A DNA stretch of 64,000 nt from Actinomycetota bacterium (GTDB lineage: Bacteria > Actinomycetota > Acidimicrobiia > Acidimicrobiales > VFJN01): the NCBI GenBank assembly GCA_049325515.1, contig JBMOLI010000004.1:152006-216005 (forward strand), in the 5' to 3' direction. A program made the translations under genes and the position numbers. Shown piece after piece: positions 55,088 through 63,452 of the stretch. Positions within the stretch are counted from its first letter, which is position 1. Every line of letters starts with the position of its first letter. The notes beneath the pieces are model-generated. The model did no database searches. It was given only the letters and a program-made list of their open reading frames with translations, and had not been told where the DNA came from.

Positions 55088-56349
55088 GGCGGACGCGGGT
55101 CCTTGTCGGGTTCGTGCTGGTGGTCGCAGCGACATTGCCGCAGGCCGGCGCGCAGGGCGCCGCAGGCCCACCTGACACGTTCGACATCGACGTGTCCGCC
55201 GCCCCCGTCTACAGCAGCTCGTCGGCCACCGCTGCCCTGCCCCTCGCCGTGGACGCGGCGGCTGGGTTCAGCCGGGTGCAGCTCAACAGCCAACCGAATG
55301 CCATCGCCACGGCCGGCCCTGGTTACACACCGCTCGCCGACGCCGCGCCGGTGCTGTTCGGCCTACCGGCGCCACCCGCGAGCGTCTCCTGCGCGTCGTA
55401 CTTCCCGGGCCAGCCGCACGAGGCATCCTGCGGTGGACCCGCCCAGGGAACCGGTGGGTTGAGCACCGCTGCCGCCAGCGGGCATGCCAGCAGCGCCGGT
55501 GACCCGCGCGATCCGACCCAGCTCCGTTCAGAGGCCTCCACCCGCGGGGCGGACCTGCGCTCCGGGCCCGAGGTCCCGGCGGCGATCCTCATCGGGCAGG
55601 CCTCATCGGCGGCGGCCGCGGCAGCCGAGGGCGACCGCATGGCGGCGGGCGCGTCCAGCGAGGTCTCCGACATCGCGGTGGCCGGTGTGCTGACCATCGA
55701 GAGCGTCACCTCGTCGGTGAGCGGCGCAGTCGGTGGCAGGCCGGGAACCGCAAGTCAGGAGGCGACCCTGACGATCTCGGGGGCCGAAGTTGCGGGGGTC
55801 CCGGTGACCATCGACAACGAGGGTGTCACGGTCAGCGACCAGGGCACCCCCGGGCCGCTTGGCGCCGCCACCCAGGAACAGGTCAACGCCGCCCTGGCAG
55901 CAGCCGGGTTGCAGGTGCGCACCGTCCCCGGCGCCGAGCCCGTGGCAGCGCCCGACGGCACCAGGGTGCAGGTCGCGTCGGGAGGGTTGCAGATCAGCTT
56001 CGCAGACCCGCAGGGCGCGCTCGCGTTCACGATGAGCATCGGCGAGAGCGTGCTGCGCATGCAGGGATTCCGGGCCGCGACCCTGGCGCAGCTACCGAGC
56101 CCAGCCGCGACCACTGACGTGCCCGTCACCGTACCGGCTGCCGACCTGCCCACCCGTCCCGCTCTGCCCGCACCGCCACCGCCGCCGCCCGCGCCAGGGG
56201 CCACCAGTCCCGCGCCGTCCACCCAGCCATTCGTCCAGGCCGCGGCCATTCCGATCGGCTGGCGCATTCCATTCGCACCGTTTGCACTCCTGGCCCTGGC
56301 GCTGCCCGTGCTCGCCCGTGGCCGCCGCTTCACGTTCACCCCGAGGTGA
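55084..56349 (+). CDS. secreted Ala/Pro/Gly-rich protein with a C-terminal membrane anchor, function unknown
   Basis: Signal peptide MRRTRVLVGFVLVVAATLPQAGAQG, a poly-Pro linker (PAPPPPPPAPG), then a hydrophobic tail FAPFALLALALPVLARGRRF. ATGA overlap with the permease gene. Confidence 0.65.
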   Translation: MRRTRVLVGFVLVVAATLPQAGAQGAAGPPDTFDIDVSAAPVYSSSSATAALPLAVDAAAGFSRVQLNSQPNAIATAGPGYTPLADAAPVLFGLPAPPASVSCASYFPGQPHEASCGGPAQGTGGLSTAAASGHASSAGDPRDPTQLRSEASTRGADLRSGPEVPAAILIGQASSAAAAAAEGDRMAAGASSEVSDIAVAGVLTIESVTSSVSGAVGGRPGTASQEATLTISGAEVAGVPVTIDNEGVTVSDQGTPGPLGAATQEQVNAALAAAGLQVRTVPGAEPVAAPDGTRVQVASGGLQISFADPQGALAFTMSIGESVLRMQGFRAATLAQLPSPAATTDVPVTVPAADLPTRPALPAPPPPPPAPGATSPAPSTQPFVQAAAIPIGWRIPFAPFALLALALPVLARGRRFTFTPR

Positions 56350-56353
56350 CCCC

Positions 56354-56788
56354 ATGACGACCATTGACCTTGCCGAACATCCACTGAGCTCTCCCGGCGA
56401 CGAGCGCAGGGGGGTCGCCAGCCCGACGCGCTGGCGACCTTCCGGCGCCGGACGACTCGACTGGCGCCAGTCGCTCGGTGGAGGGCTCGTTGCCGTCGGC
56501 GCGGTGGCCATCATCATCGCCTGGTGGGGGATCTCGGGGACGCTCGACCCCGGCAAGCAGATGCCCTACCTCGGATCTGGCGGCATCGGTGGCGCCGCTC
56601 TCATCGCGTTGGGCGTGACACTGCTGATCTCCTATGAGCACGTCCGGGACCGGGCCGCCCTCGCGGAGGTGCTCGACCGTCTCGAAGCACTCGAGGCCCG
56701 CCTCGACCGCCAGGACCCGGCCATCGCCAGCAACGGTCGGCGCGGCTCGACCCGGCGTGCGAACTCGACCGCCAAGGCGAGCCCGTGA
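56354..56788 (+). CDS. small membrane protein (2 predicted TM helices) with a C-terminal coiled-coil-like segment
   Basis: GGLVAVGAVAIIIAWWGI and GGIGGAALIALGVTLLI, then RAALAEVLDRLEALEARLDR. ATG 56354 lies 4 nt after the upstream stop. GTGA overlap with the next gene. Confidence 0.6.
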   Translation: MTTIDLAEHPLSSPGDERRGVASPTRWRPSGAGRLDWRQSLGGGLVAVGAVAIIIAWWGISGTLDPGKQMPYLGSGGIGGAALIALGVTLLISYEHVRDRAALAEVLDRLEALEARLDRQDPAIASNGRRGSTRRANSTAKASP

Positions 56789-57576
56789 CCGAAGCCGACC
56801 CGGCACTGTTGGAGGTCGTCGGCGTGACCGTGAAGTTCGGCGGGCTGGTGGCCAATGACCAGGTCGACCTCACCGTGCGCGAAGGCGAGCTCGCCGCGCT
56901 CATCGGGCCGAACGGGGCCGGCAAGACGACCCTGTTCAACGTCATAACCGGTGCGCAGGCCCCGACCTCAGGTCGTGTTCGCTTCGCTGGCGTCGACATC
57001 AGCGACCTGCCCCGAGTCGCCCGGGCCCGGGCGGGGATGGGCCGCACCTTCCAGAACCTCTCGCTGGTGTCCTCCCTCTCGGTGCTCGATAACGCCACCG
57101 TGGGCCTCGGGCGGTTCCGACGCCAGGGGCTGCTCGCCGCGATGCTGCGGGTGCCCGGCTCGGTCCGCCAGGACGAACGGATCCGCGACATCGCCGCCAG
57201 TGCGCTCGAGTTCGTGGGTCTGTCCGTCGCCGCGAATCGCACCACAGGAGACCTCCCCTACGGCGATCGCCGCCGGCTCGAGCTCGCACGAGCCCTCGCG
57301 TTGGCCCCGCGGCTGCTTCTTCTCGATGAGCCCTCCGCCGGCATGGGCCCAGCCGAGACAGCCGAGCTTGCGGCCACGATCCGCCGGGCCCGAGACCGGC
57401 TGGGGATCAGCGTGCTCGTCGTCGAGCACGACATGTCCTTCGTGCGCTCCCTGGCCGAACGCACCACGGTACTGGACTTCGGGCGGGTCATCGCCGCCGG
57501 CCCGACCGCCGAGGTTCTCAGGGACTCGCAAGTCGTCGAGGCGTACCTCGGGACGACAGGAGCCCGAAGTGCTTGA
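56785..57576 (+). CDS. ABC transporter ATP-binding protein (LivG-like)
   Basis: Walker A GPNGAGKTT, a YGDRRRLELARAL signature region and Walker B LLLLDEPSAG. Confidence 0.9.
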   Translation: MTEADPALLEVVGVTVKFGGLVANDQVDLTVREGELAALIGPNGAGKTTLFNVITGAQAPTSGRVRFAGVDISDLPRVARARAGMGRTFQNLSLVSSLSVLDNATVGLGRFRRQGLLAAMLRVPGSVRQDERIRDIAASALEFVGLSVAANRTTGDLPYGDRRRLELARALALAPRLLLLDEPSAGMGPAETAELAATIRRARDRLGISVLVVEHDMSFVRSLAERTTVLDFGRVIAAGPTAEVLRDSQVVEAYLGTTGARSA

Positions 57577-58297
57577 GGTCACCGGCCTCCACGTCTCGTA
57601 CGGGCCGGTGCCCGCCGTACGCGGTGTGGACATGGTCATCGGCGCAGGCGAGGCGGTGGCGCTGCTCGGCCGCAACGGAGCTGGCAAGACCACCACGCTG
57701 CGCGCCCTGGCCGGGCTGCTTCCCGCGGACCGGGGGATCATCAGCTTCGACTCCCACAACATCGGCGCAATGCCCGCCGAGCGGCGCGTGCGCCGCGGGA
57801 TCGCGCTCGTACCGGAGGGCCGGGGCATGTTCCCGCAGCTCACGGTGCGGGAGAACCTGGCCATGGGCGCCTACGGCCGTCGGCTGAGGGGCAGCGAGAT
57901 CAGCTCGGAGATCGATCGGGTCACCGACCACTTTCCACGGCTGAGGGAACGACTGAAGCAGTCGGCTGGGAGTCTGTCCGGTGGCGAGCAGCAGATGCTC
58001 GCCGTCGCTCGCGGTCTGATGGCCGCGCCCAGGCTCTTGATGCTCGACGAACCGTCGTTGGGTCTGGCTCCGGTCATCGTCGAGCAGCTCTACGAGCAGT
58101 TCGACAAACTTCGCCGTGACGGCCTCACCATCCTGGTGGTCGAGCAGTACGTCGAAGTCGCCCTGGGGTTCGTCGACCGAGCCTACGTGCTCGACAAGGG
58201 CGTCGTCGCCCTTGAGGGCGCGGCGCATGAGCTGGCGGCGTCGCCCGAGCTGATCGAGGCCTACCTGTCGGCCGCTCCCGAGGAGGTCAAAGCGTGA
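57569..58297 (+). CDS. ABC transporter ATP-binding protein (LivF-like)
   Basis: Walker A GRNGAGKTT, signature LSGGEQQ and Walker B LLMLDEPS. GTG 57569 overlaps the upstream gene by 8 nt. Confidence 0.9.
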   Translation: MLEVTGLHVSYGPVPAVRGVDMVIGAGEAVALLGRNGAGKTTTLRALAGLLPADRGIISFDSHNIGAMPAERRVRRGIALVPEGRGMFPQLTVRENLAMGAYGRRLRGSEISSEIDRVTDHFPRLRERLKQSAGSLSGGEQQMLAVARGLMAAPRLLMLDEPSLGLAPVIVEQLYEQFDKLRRDGLTILVVEQYVEVALGFVDRAYVLDKGVVALEGAAHELAASPELIEAYLSAAPEEVKA

Positions 58298-59790
58298 GAA
58301 GGTCAACCCGGCGCCTGAACCTGCACCCCAAGTTGGTGGTGGCAGTCGCCGCCTGCGCCCTGGTGGCGGCGGCATGCGGCACCCGAGTCACCGATAGCGG
58401 CACGATGGCTGCCGGTACCAATGGCCTCGGGGCTGCTCGGACCGGGCGGGCCTCGATCGACGGGGCCACGGGGGCCAACGACCAATCCGCACAGGCCGCC
58501 GGCGCAGACACTGGGACGGGCGCCGGCAGCGGAGCTGGCGCCGGTGGCGCTGACACCGGCGGCGGTGAGGCCGGTGGCGGCAGCAGCGGGGTGTCCGGTC
58601 AAGGCGTCACCGACACTGAGATCCTGATCGGCGCGTCGGGCCCGTTGTCAGGTGTCACCGGTTTTCTCGGCGAGGAGGCGTTCGGCGCGATCGACGCCTA
58701 CTTCCAGCTCGTCAACTCCCAGGGCGGGATCAACGGGCGTCGCCTCCGGCTCATCGCGCTCGATGATCGCTTCGACTCCTCCCAGACCCTGGCCAACGTG
58801 CGCAAGCTCTGGGAGGAAGAGCGTGTCCACGCCCTCTTCCTCACGTTCGGCGATCCCGTCGCCGATTACGCGACTCGCAACAAGATCCCCACACTGGTCT
58901 TCGGAGTGACGCCCGGGTCGTTCTCCTCCCGCTACCCCACGATCTTCCCCCTGGTCGGCAACGCGCTGCTGTGGACCCAGGAGATCATCGTCGGTCTCAA
59001 GGACCAGGGCGTCTTCCGGCAGGGCATGCGCGTTGGCATCCAGTACGACACCCAGATCCTCGACGTGAGCCCCTACGTCCCCTTCTTGAAGGAATCGTGG
59101 GAGGCGGCCGGTGCGGAGGTCGTGTCGACCGATCCGTTCAACCTCTCCGACGGCGACTGCACGAGCCTCGTGCTCAAGATGCGCCAAGCCAACATCGACT
59201 GGTGGGACTTCCAGGGGCTGGGTTGGGTGCTGTGCGCGTCGGCCGCCAGCCGCCAGGAGTACCGCCCCAACATAGGCTGGGGTGGCTGGCCGACCAGCGT
59301 CGCCGGCCTGGCCTCCCAGGTGGGCCCATGGGTCGACGGCATCTGGGGCGGCGCGCAAGGCGACCAACCCAACGGCAAGCCCCGTCAGATGACGCCGGCG
59401 CACCAGGAGTACGCCGATGCCATCAACCGCTACCACCCCAACATCGGCAGCTTCAACCATCTCGAGTCACCAGCGACGATCGGCTACTGGTCCGGGGCGC
59501 GGCTTCTCGTCGAAGCGCTCCGCGCCCAAGGCGATGTCATCACACCCGAGGGAACCAGTTCTTGGATCGCCGGTATCGAGAACTTCGACACGGGGATCAC
59601 CCCGCCGATCATCTCCATGGCCCCCGACTGCAAGACGGGTTCCGAGGTGGTGTGGATCGGCCAGTGGCGCTGGGACGCACAGCAACGCCAAGCGGTGCGG
59701 GAACCGGCGACGGGCTACTTCACGAGCGATCAGAAAGAGCGCTACGGCGGCAAGTGCTTCCTCACCAAGATCTCCGACGATCTGGGCTAG
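58294..59790 (+). CDS. ABC transporter substrate-binding lipoprotein (Liv/periplasmic-binding type I)
   Basis: Lipobox LVAAAC after a basic N-terminus, then a Gly/Ala/Ser-rich linker, then IGASGPLSGVTGFLGEEAF...GGINGRRL typical of Liv-type binding proteins. GTGA overlap with the upstream gene. Confidence 0.85.
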   Translation: MRRSTRRLNLHPKLVVAVAACALVAAACGTRVTDSGTMAAGTNGLGAARTGRASIDGATGANDQSAQAAGADTGTGAGSGAGAGGADTGGGEAGGGSSGVSGQGVTDTEILIGASGPLSGVTGFLGEEAFGAIDAYFQLVNSQGGINGRRLRLIALDDRFDSSQTLANVRKLWEEERVHALFLTFGDPVADYATRNKIPTLVFGVTPGSFSSRYPTIFPLVGNALLWTQEIIVGLKDQGVFRQGMRVGIQYDTQILDVSPYVPFLKESWEAAGAEVVSTDPFNLSDGDCTSLVLKMRQANIDWWDFQGLGWVLCASAASRQEYRPNIGWGGWPTSVAGLASQVGPWVDGIWGGAQGDQPNGKPRQMTPAHQEYADAINRYHPNIGSFNHLESPATIGYWSGARLLVEALRAQGDVITPEGTSSWIAGIENFDTGITPPIISMAPDCKTGSEVVWIGQWRWDAQQRQAVREPATGYFTSDQKERYGGKCFLTKISDDLG

Positions 59791-60005
59791 TACGGGGCCT
59801 CATCGACGACGCACGGCTCGCCCGGTGTGGTTCCGGGAGGCGACGGACGGGTTCCCACCATGACCTGCCCACGTGGGCGGGGGCGTGCGGCTCGTGAAGC
59901 TGGCAGCGGGGTGTGGAATGGGATCTGAATCATCTGTCTAGATAGGCTGTCCAAAGTGATGCCATTGAGCAGCTCCCCGCGAGCCATGAACAGCAAGGCG
60001 GCAGC

Positions 60006-60617
60006 GTGACCACGCGCGCTCTCCCGGTGGAGCTGGGCGACAAGCTCGCGGCGGCGGCTGGCGAGTTCGCTTCGGCGTTCGACGACGTCCGCATGGACGA
60101 CATCGCCAGGGCGAGCGGCATTCCCCGAGCGACGCTGTACTACTACTTCGCCGGGAAGGACGACGTGCTCGCCTTCCTATTGCAGTCGATGCTCGACGAC
60201 CTGCGCGTCTCGGTGGCCATAGCGGCGGCCACTGAGGGTGACCCGGTGACGCGCCTTTCGGCTGTCGTCCGCGCTCAGCTCGCCCACCTCGCGGCCAATC
60301 CAGCAGCTGGTCGGCTGCTGCTCACCAACCTCGGTCGGACCGGCCGCATTGGCCTGATCGCGGCAGGAGTCGACGAAGGCTTCCATGCTCCCGTCAGGAG
60401 CATTCTTGCCGACGGCATCGTTCGGGGCGTCCTCGCCGACGTGGACGTCGAGATAGCGACGACCGCCCTCTACGGCGCCGTCACCATCGTCGGTCTCAGG
60501 TCTCTGCTCATGGACGGCCGGATAGATGTCGACCGTGTCGCGGACGCCCTCTTCCCGATCTTTTCGTCGGGGCTCGTTCGTCAGAGCCCCCTCCGCTCGC
60601 CACGACCGAAGCCGTGA
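60006..60617 (+). CDS. TetR/AcrR family transcriptional regulator
   Basis: HTH MDDIARASGIPRATLYYYFAGKDDVL. GTG start. Paralogue of the partial gene at 63453. Confidence 0.85.
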   Translation: MTTRALPVELGDKLAAAAGEFASAFDDVRMDDIARASGIPRATLYYYFAGKDDVLAFLLQSMLDDLRVSVAIAAATEGDPVTRLSAVVRAQLAHLAANPAAGRLLLTNLGRTGRIGLIAAGVDEGFHAPVRSILADGIVRGVLADVDVEIATTALYGAVTIVGLRSLLMDGRIDVDRVADALFPIFSSGLVRQSPLRSPRPKP

Positions 60618-61606
60618 GCACCCACGCGCTCGCCCCCATCGAGGGGCAGCTGCCCGAAGGCATCCTCCACGTCCCGCTTCCAACCCCATTCCCGGTGGGA
60701 CCCGTGAACTGCTACGTCCTTCTCGATGCACCCATGACGGTTGTAGATCCCGGGATGATCTGGGCCGACAGCACTGCCCAGCTCAAAGCCGCTCTTGCGG
60801 CCGCCGGCCGGTCGGTGACCGACATCGACCGGGTGCTTGTCACCCACGGTCATCCCGACCACTTCGGTGCTGCGGGATGGTTGGCGGACGAGGCCGACGC
60901 CATCGTGCTGTGTGGCAGGGCTGAGCAGTCCAAGCTCACCGGTCAGGTGGACCGCGCTCGCATGGTCGATGTCGTCGGACGCCTCGGCATCCCCGACGAG
61001 ATGCAGAGCACCTTCCGGTTGTTCTACGAGGGGGTCCGCGATCTCGTGCACCCGATCCGCGTGGATCGCCTCGTTCTCCTCGACGACGGCGACGTGCTGT
61101 CCGCTGGCGGCCGGGATTGGCAGGTCCACGTCACGCCCGGCCACTCCGTTGGGCACGTGTCGCTTTACAACTCCGAAACCCGCGTGCTCGTGTCCGGTGA
61201 TCACCTGCTTGCCTGCATCACGCCGAACCCCGTGCTCGAACCGGACCTCGACAGCCCAGACGGGCGCCGCCGCAGCCTCGTCGAGTACCTCGCCTCCCTC
61301 GACCGGTTCGTCCGGATCGATCCGCTGGTCGTCCTCCCTGGTCACGGTCCGCGCTTCCGCGACGTCCCCGCTCTCACGGAGTCGATGCGACACCACCACA
61401 CGGAGCGCGCCGATGAGATCCTTGCGATCGTCCGACGCCTCGGTGAGGCCACCCCCTTCGAGCTGTCCGGTCATCTGTTTCCTCACATCGCCGACTTCGC
61501 GGTCATGCTCGGCGTGTCCGAGGTCGTCGGTCACCTCGACGTACTTGAGGACGATGGCCGCCTGGTCCGCAGCTCGGACGCCCCCCATCGGTACGCCGTC
61601 GCATGA
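60614..61606 (+). CDS. MBL-fold metallo-hydrolase
   Basis: VLVTHGHPDHFG (HxHxDH) and a later SGDHLL. GTGA overlap with the TetR gene. Confidence 0.85.
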   Translation: MSTHALAPIEGQLPEGILHVPLPTPFPVGPVNCYVLLDAPMTVVDPGMIWADSTAQLKAALAAAGRSVTDIDRVLVTHGHPDHFGAAGWLADEADAIVLCGRAEQSKLTGQVDRARMVDVVGRLGIPDEMQSTFRLFYEGVRDLVHPIRVDRLVLLDDGDVLSAGGRDWQVHVTPGHSVGHVSLYNSETRVLVSGDHLLACITPNPVLEPDLDSPDGRRRSLVEYLASLDRFVRIDPLVVLPGHGPRFRDVPALTESMRHHHTERADEILAIVRRLGEATPFELSGHLFPHIADFAVMLGVSEVVGHLDVLEDDGRLVRSSDAPHRYAVA

Positions 61607-61659
61607 AGGACGCCACACAGCGGCAAGTCTTCGACAGCAGTGCTCCCGCCGCCGACCTC

Positions 61660-61805
61660 ATGATGGCGGCACCCCTGTGGTGGCCGGCATTCCCGACTAC
61701 CTCGGCATCCGTACCACTGACGTCGGGCCCGGCACGATGACCGCGGAGCTCGACGTCCGCCCCGATCCGCTCACCATCGGCGAACCCAAGATGGCCCGGT
61801 CGTGA
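61660..61805 (+). pseudogene. truncated PaaI-type thioesterase remnant (N-terminal ~45 residues only)
   Basis: GIPDYLGIRTTDVGPGTMTAELDVRPDPL parallels GLPEYLGIELVRFEPGRLWCRATIREELL of the intact PaaI gene at 26992. It stops before the HGG core. A possible extra frameshift lies near 61675. Confidence 0.35.
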
Positions 61806-62836
61806 AGGTCGACCTCATGACCGGCGGGCTGCCGCTGCGACGCATGCAGCAGCTCGCCCAGGATGCCCAGGCCGCAGGGTTCTCCGGACTCGTCATCACC
61901 GAGGCCGGACGTACCGCCTACCTCGGTTGCGCCGCGGCTGCACTAGCCGCCGACATCGACGTGCTCACAGGCGTCGCTGTCGCCTTCCCGCGCAGCCCGA
62001 TGGTTACGGCTCAGGTCGCCTGGGAGCTGGCCGAAACCACCGGTGGGCGCTTCCGCCTTGGCCTCGGCACCCAGGTCCGAGCCCACATCGAACGTCGCTA
62101 CGGGACCGCCTTTGACCGGCCGGGCCCTCGGATGCGTGATTATGTGCTGGCCCTGCGGGCGATCTTCGCCGCCTTCGGCGAGCGGAGCCCGTTGCAGCAC
62201 GAAGGCGAGTTCTGGAGCTTCTCGCTCCTGCCTGAGATGTGGTCGCCGCGTCCGATCGCGGCGCCCGACCCGCCGATCGATGTCGCTGCCGTGAACCCGT
62301 GGATGTTGCGGATGGCCGGTGAGATCGCGGATGGGGTTCACGTGCACCCGTTGAACACGCCGACGTACCTGCGCGACACCGTGACCCCGAACCTCCATGC
62401 CGGTGCGACCCGTGCGGGCCGCAACCGCACCGACCTCGAGGTCATCGTTCCGACCTTCGCCGCACCGGGGTCGACCAGTGACGAGGCGGGGGAGTGGCGC
62501 GAGATGGCCCGCATGCAGGTCGCGTTCTACGGGTCGACCCCGAACTACGCCTTCATCTTCGACCAGCTCGGTCGTGAGGGCACCACTGAACGCATCCGTG
62601 ATCGCCAGAAGGCCGGTGACATCGCCGGGATGGCGGCGCAGATCGACGACGACCTCCTCGAGCACTTCTGCATCAGTGGCGACTGGGCCACGGTGGCCGA
62701 CGGGCTGATCGAGCGCTACCGGGGCACGGCCACCCGGCTCGTCTCGTACTTCGCGGGCATGGCGTGGGCGCGCGACGAGCGGGCCCTTGGACCCTGGGGA
62801 GAGCTGGCCCGGGCCCTCCAGCATCCTCCCCGCTAG
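61802..62836 (+). CDS. LLM class oxidoreductase (probably F420-dependent type)
   Basis: MKVDLM...FSGLVITEAGRTAY...GRFRLGLGTQVRAHIERRYG...VHVHPLNTP resembles the F420-dependent LLM subfamily. GTG start. Confidence 0.85.
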   Translation: MKVDLMTGGLPLRRMQQLAQDAQAAGFSGLVITEAGRTAYLGCAAAALAADIDVLTGVAVAFPRSPMVTAQVAWELAETTGGRFRLGLGTQVRAHIERRYGTAFDRPGPRMRDYVLALRAIFAAFGERSPLQHEGEFWSFSLLPEMWSPRPIAAPDPPIDVAAVNPWMLRMAGEIADGVHVHPLNTPTYLRDTVTPNLHAGATRAGRNRTDLEVIVPTFAAPGSTSDEAGEWREMARMQVAFYGSTPNYAFIFDQLGREGTTERIRDRQKAGDIAGMAAQIDDDLLEHFCISGDWATVADGLIERYRGTATRLVSYFAGMAWARDERALGPWGELARALQHPPR

Positions 62837-63180
62837 GACCGCTGACGTCGGACCAACCAAACGACACCGGCTGCTAGCACCACTGCGCTGGCGACGCCTG
62901 CCGCAGCCCCCATCGCCAGGCTGGCGTCGAGCTCGTCGAGCACGCTGTCCTGCGCCTGGGCCCCGGCCCGGGCGACCATGTCGTCGACGAGCGGAACATC
63001 GAGCACCGCCTCGGGGACACCGAGATCGGCGACCACCTCCCGTCGGAGCTCGTCGTCACTTGGCCGCGTCAAACCCACGACCGCTAGAGCGACGCCAACA
63101 GCTACCAGGGCCACGCCCACGATCGCTGCCCCCAGCAGTACACCTCGGAACGACCCTGGCGAAGTGGGCAAAGACGACAT
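62833..63180 (-). CDS. small membrane protein (N- and C-terminal hydrophobic helices), function unknown
   Basis: VLLGAAIVGVALVAVGVALAVVGL ... AAAGVASAVVLAAGVVWLV. 4-nt convergent overlap with the LLM gene. Confidence 0.5.
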   Translation of the reverse strand: MSSLPTSPGSFRGVLLGAAIVGVALVAVGVALAVVGLTRPSDDELRREVVADLGVPEAVLDVPLVDDMVARAGAQAQDSVLDELDASLAMGAAAGVASAVVLAAGVVWLVRRQRS

Positions 63181-63452
63181 CGCGAACTGACTTTAGAGTC
63201 CAGACAACAGGAACAATTGGAGCGGCGCCACCCACTGCGTGTGCTGCTGCACTCGGTACCCGTGTTGCTGGTCGGCTTCGCCCCGGCGTGCTTCCTGACG
63301 ACGCCGCCACGGCGGGACAGCATCAACGTCGGCGCGGACGAGGTGTGAGGGTGCGCGAACGGGACCATCTCGGCTGATCTGGACAGTGCAGCAGGATTGG
63401 AGCAATAGTTTGGACCAGCGGTTCAAAGCCCGTCCTATCTTGGGGAGCGCCA

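Noticed and set aside
56160-56200. CCG/CCA repeat run
   Set aside because: It encodes the poly-proline spacer (PAPPPPPPAPG) of the secreted protein. It is a coding feature, not a regulatory repeat.
58440-58610. Apparent GGC/GCC-rich repetitive DNA
   Set aside because: It encodes the Gly/Ala/Ser/Thr-rich linker after the lipobox of the substrate-binding lipoprotein. It is a low-complexity coding region, not a tandem repeat or CRISPR-like array.
59934-59945. Imperfect 12-bp palindrome CTGTCTAGATAG upstream of the TetR gene at 60006
   Set aside because: Only 5 of 6 arm pairs match. My rough estimate is that about one such site is expected by chance in a 215-bp gap, so it is not reportable as an operator without binding data.
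63415-63435. tRNA-like T-loop string GGTTCAAAGCC
   Set aside because: The flanking bases cannot form a T-stem (AGCGG versus CCCGT do not pair), and no acceptor or anticodon arms are present. It is not a tRNA.
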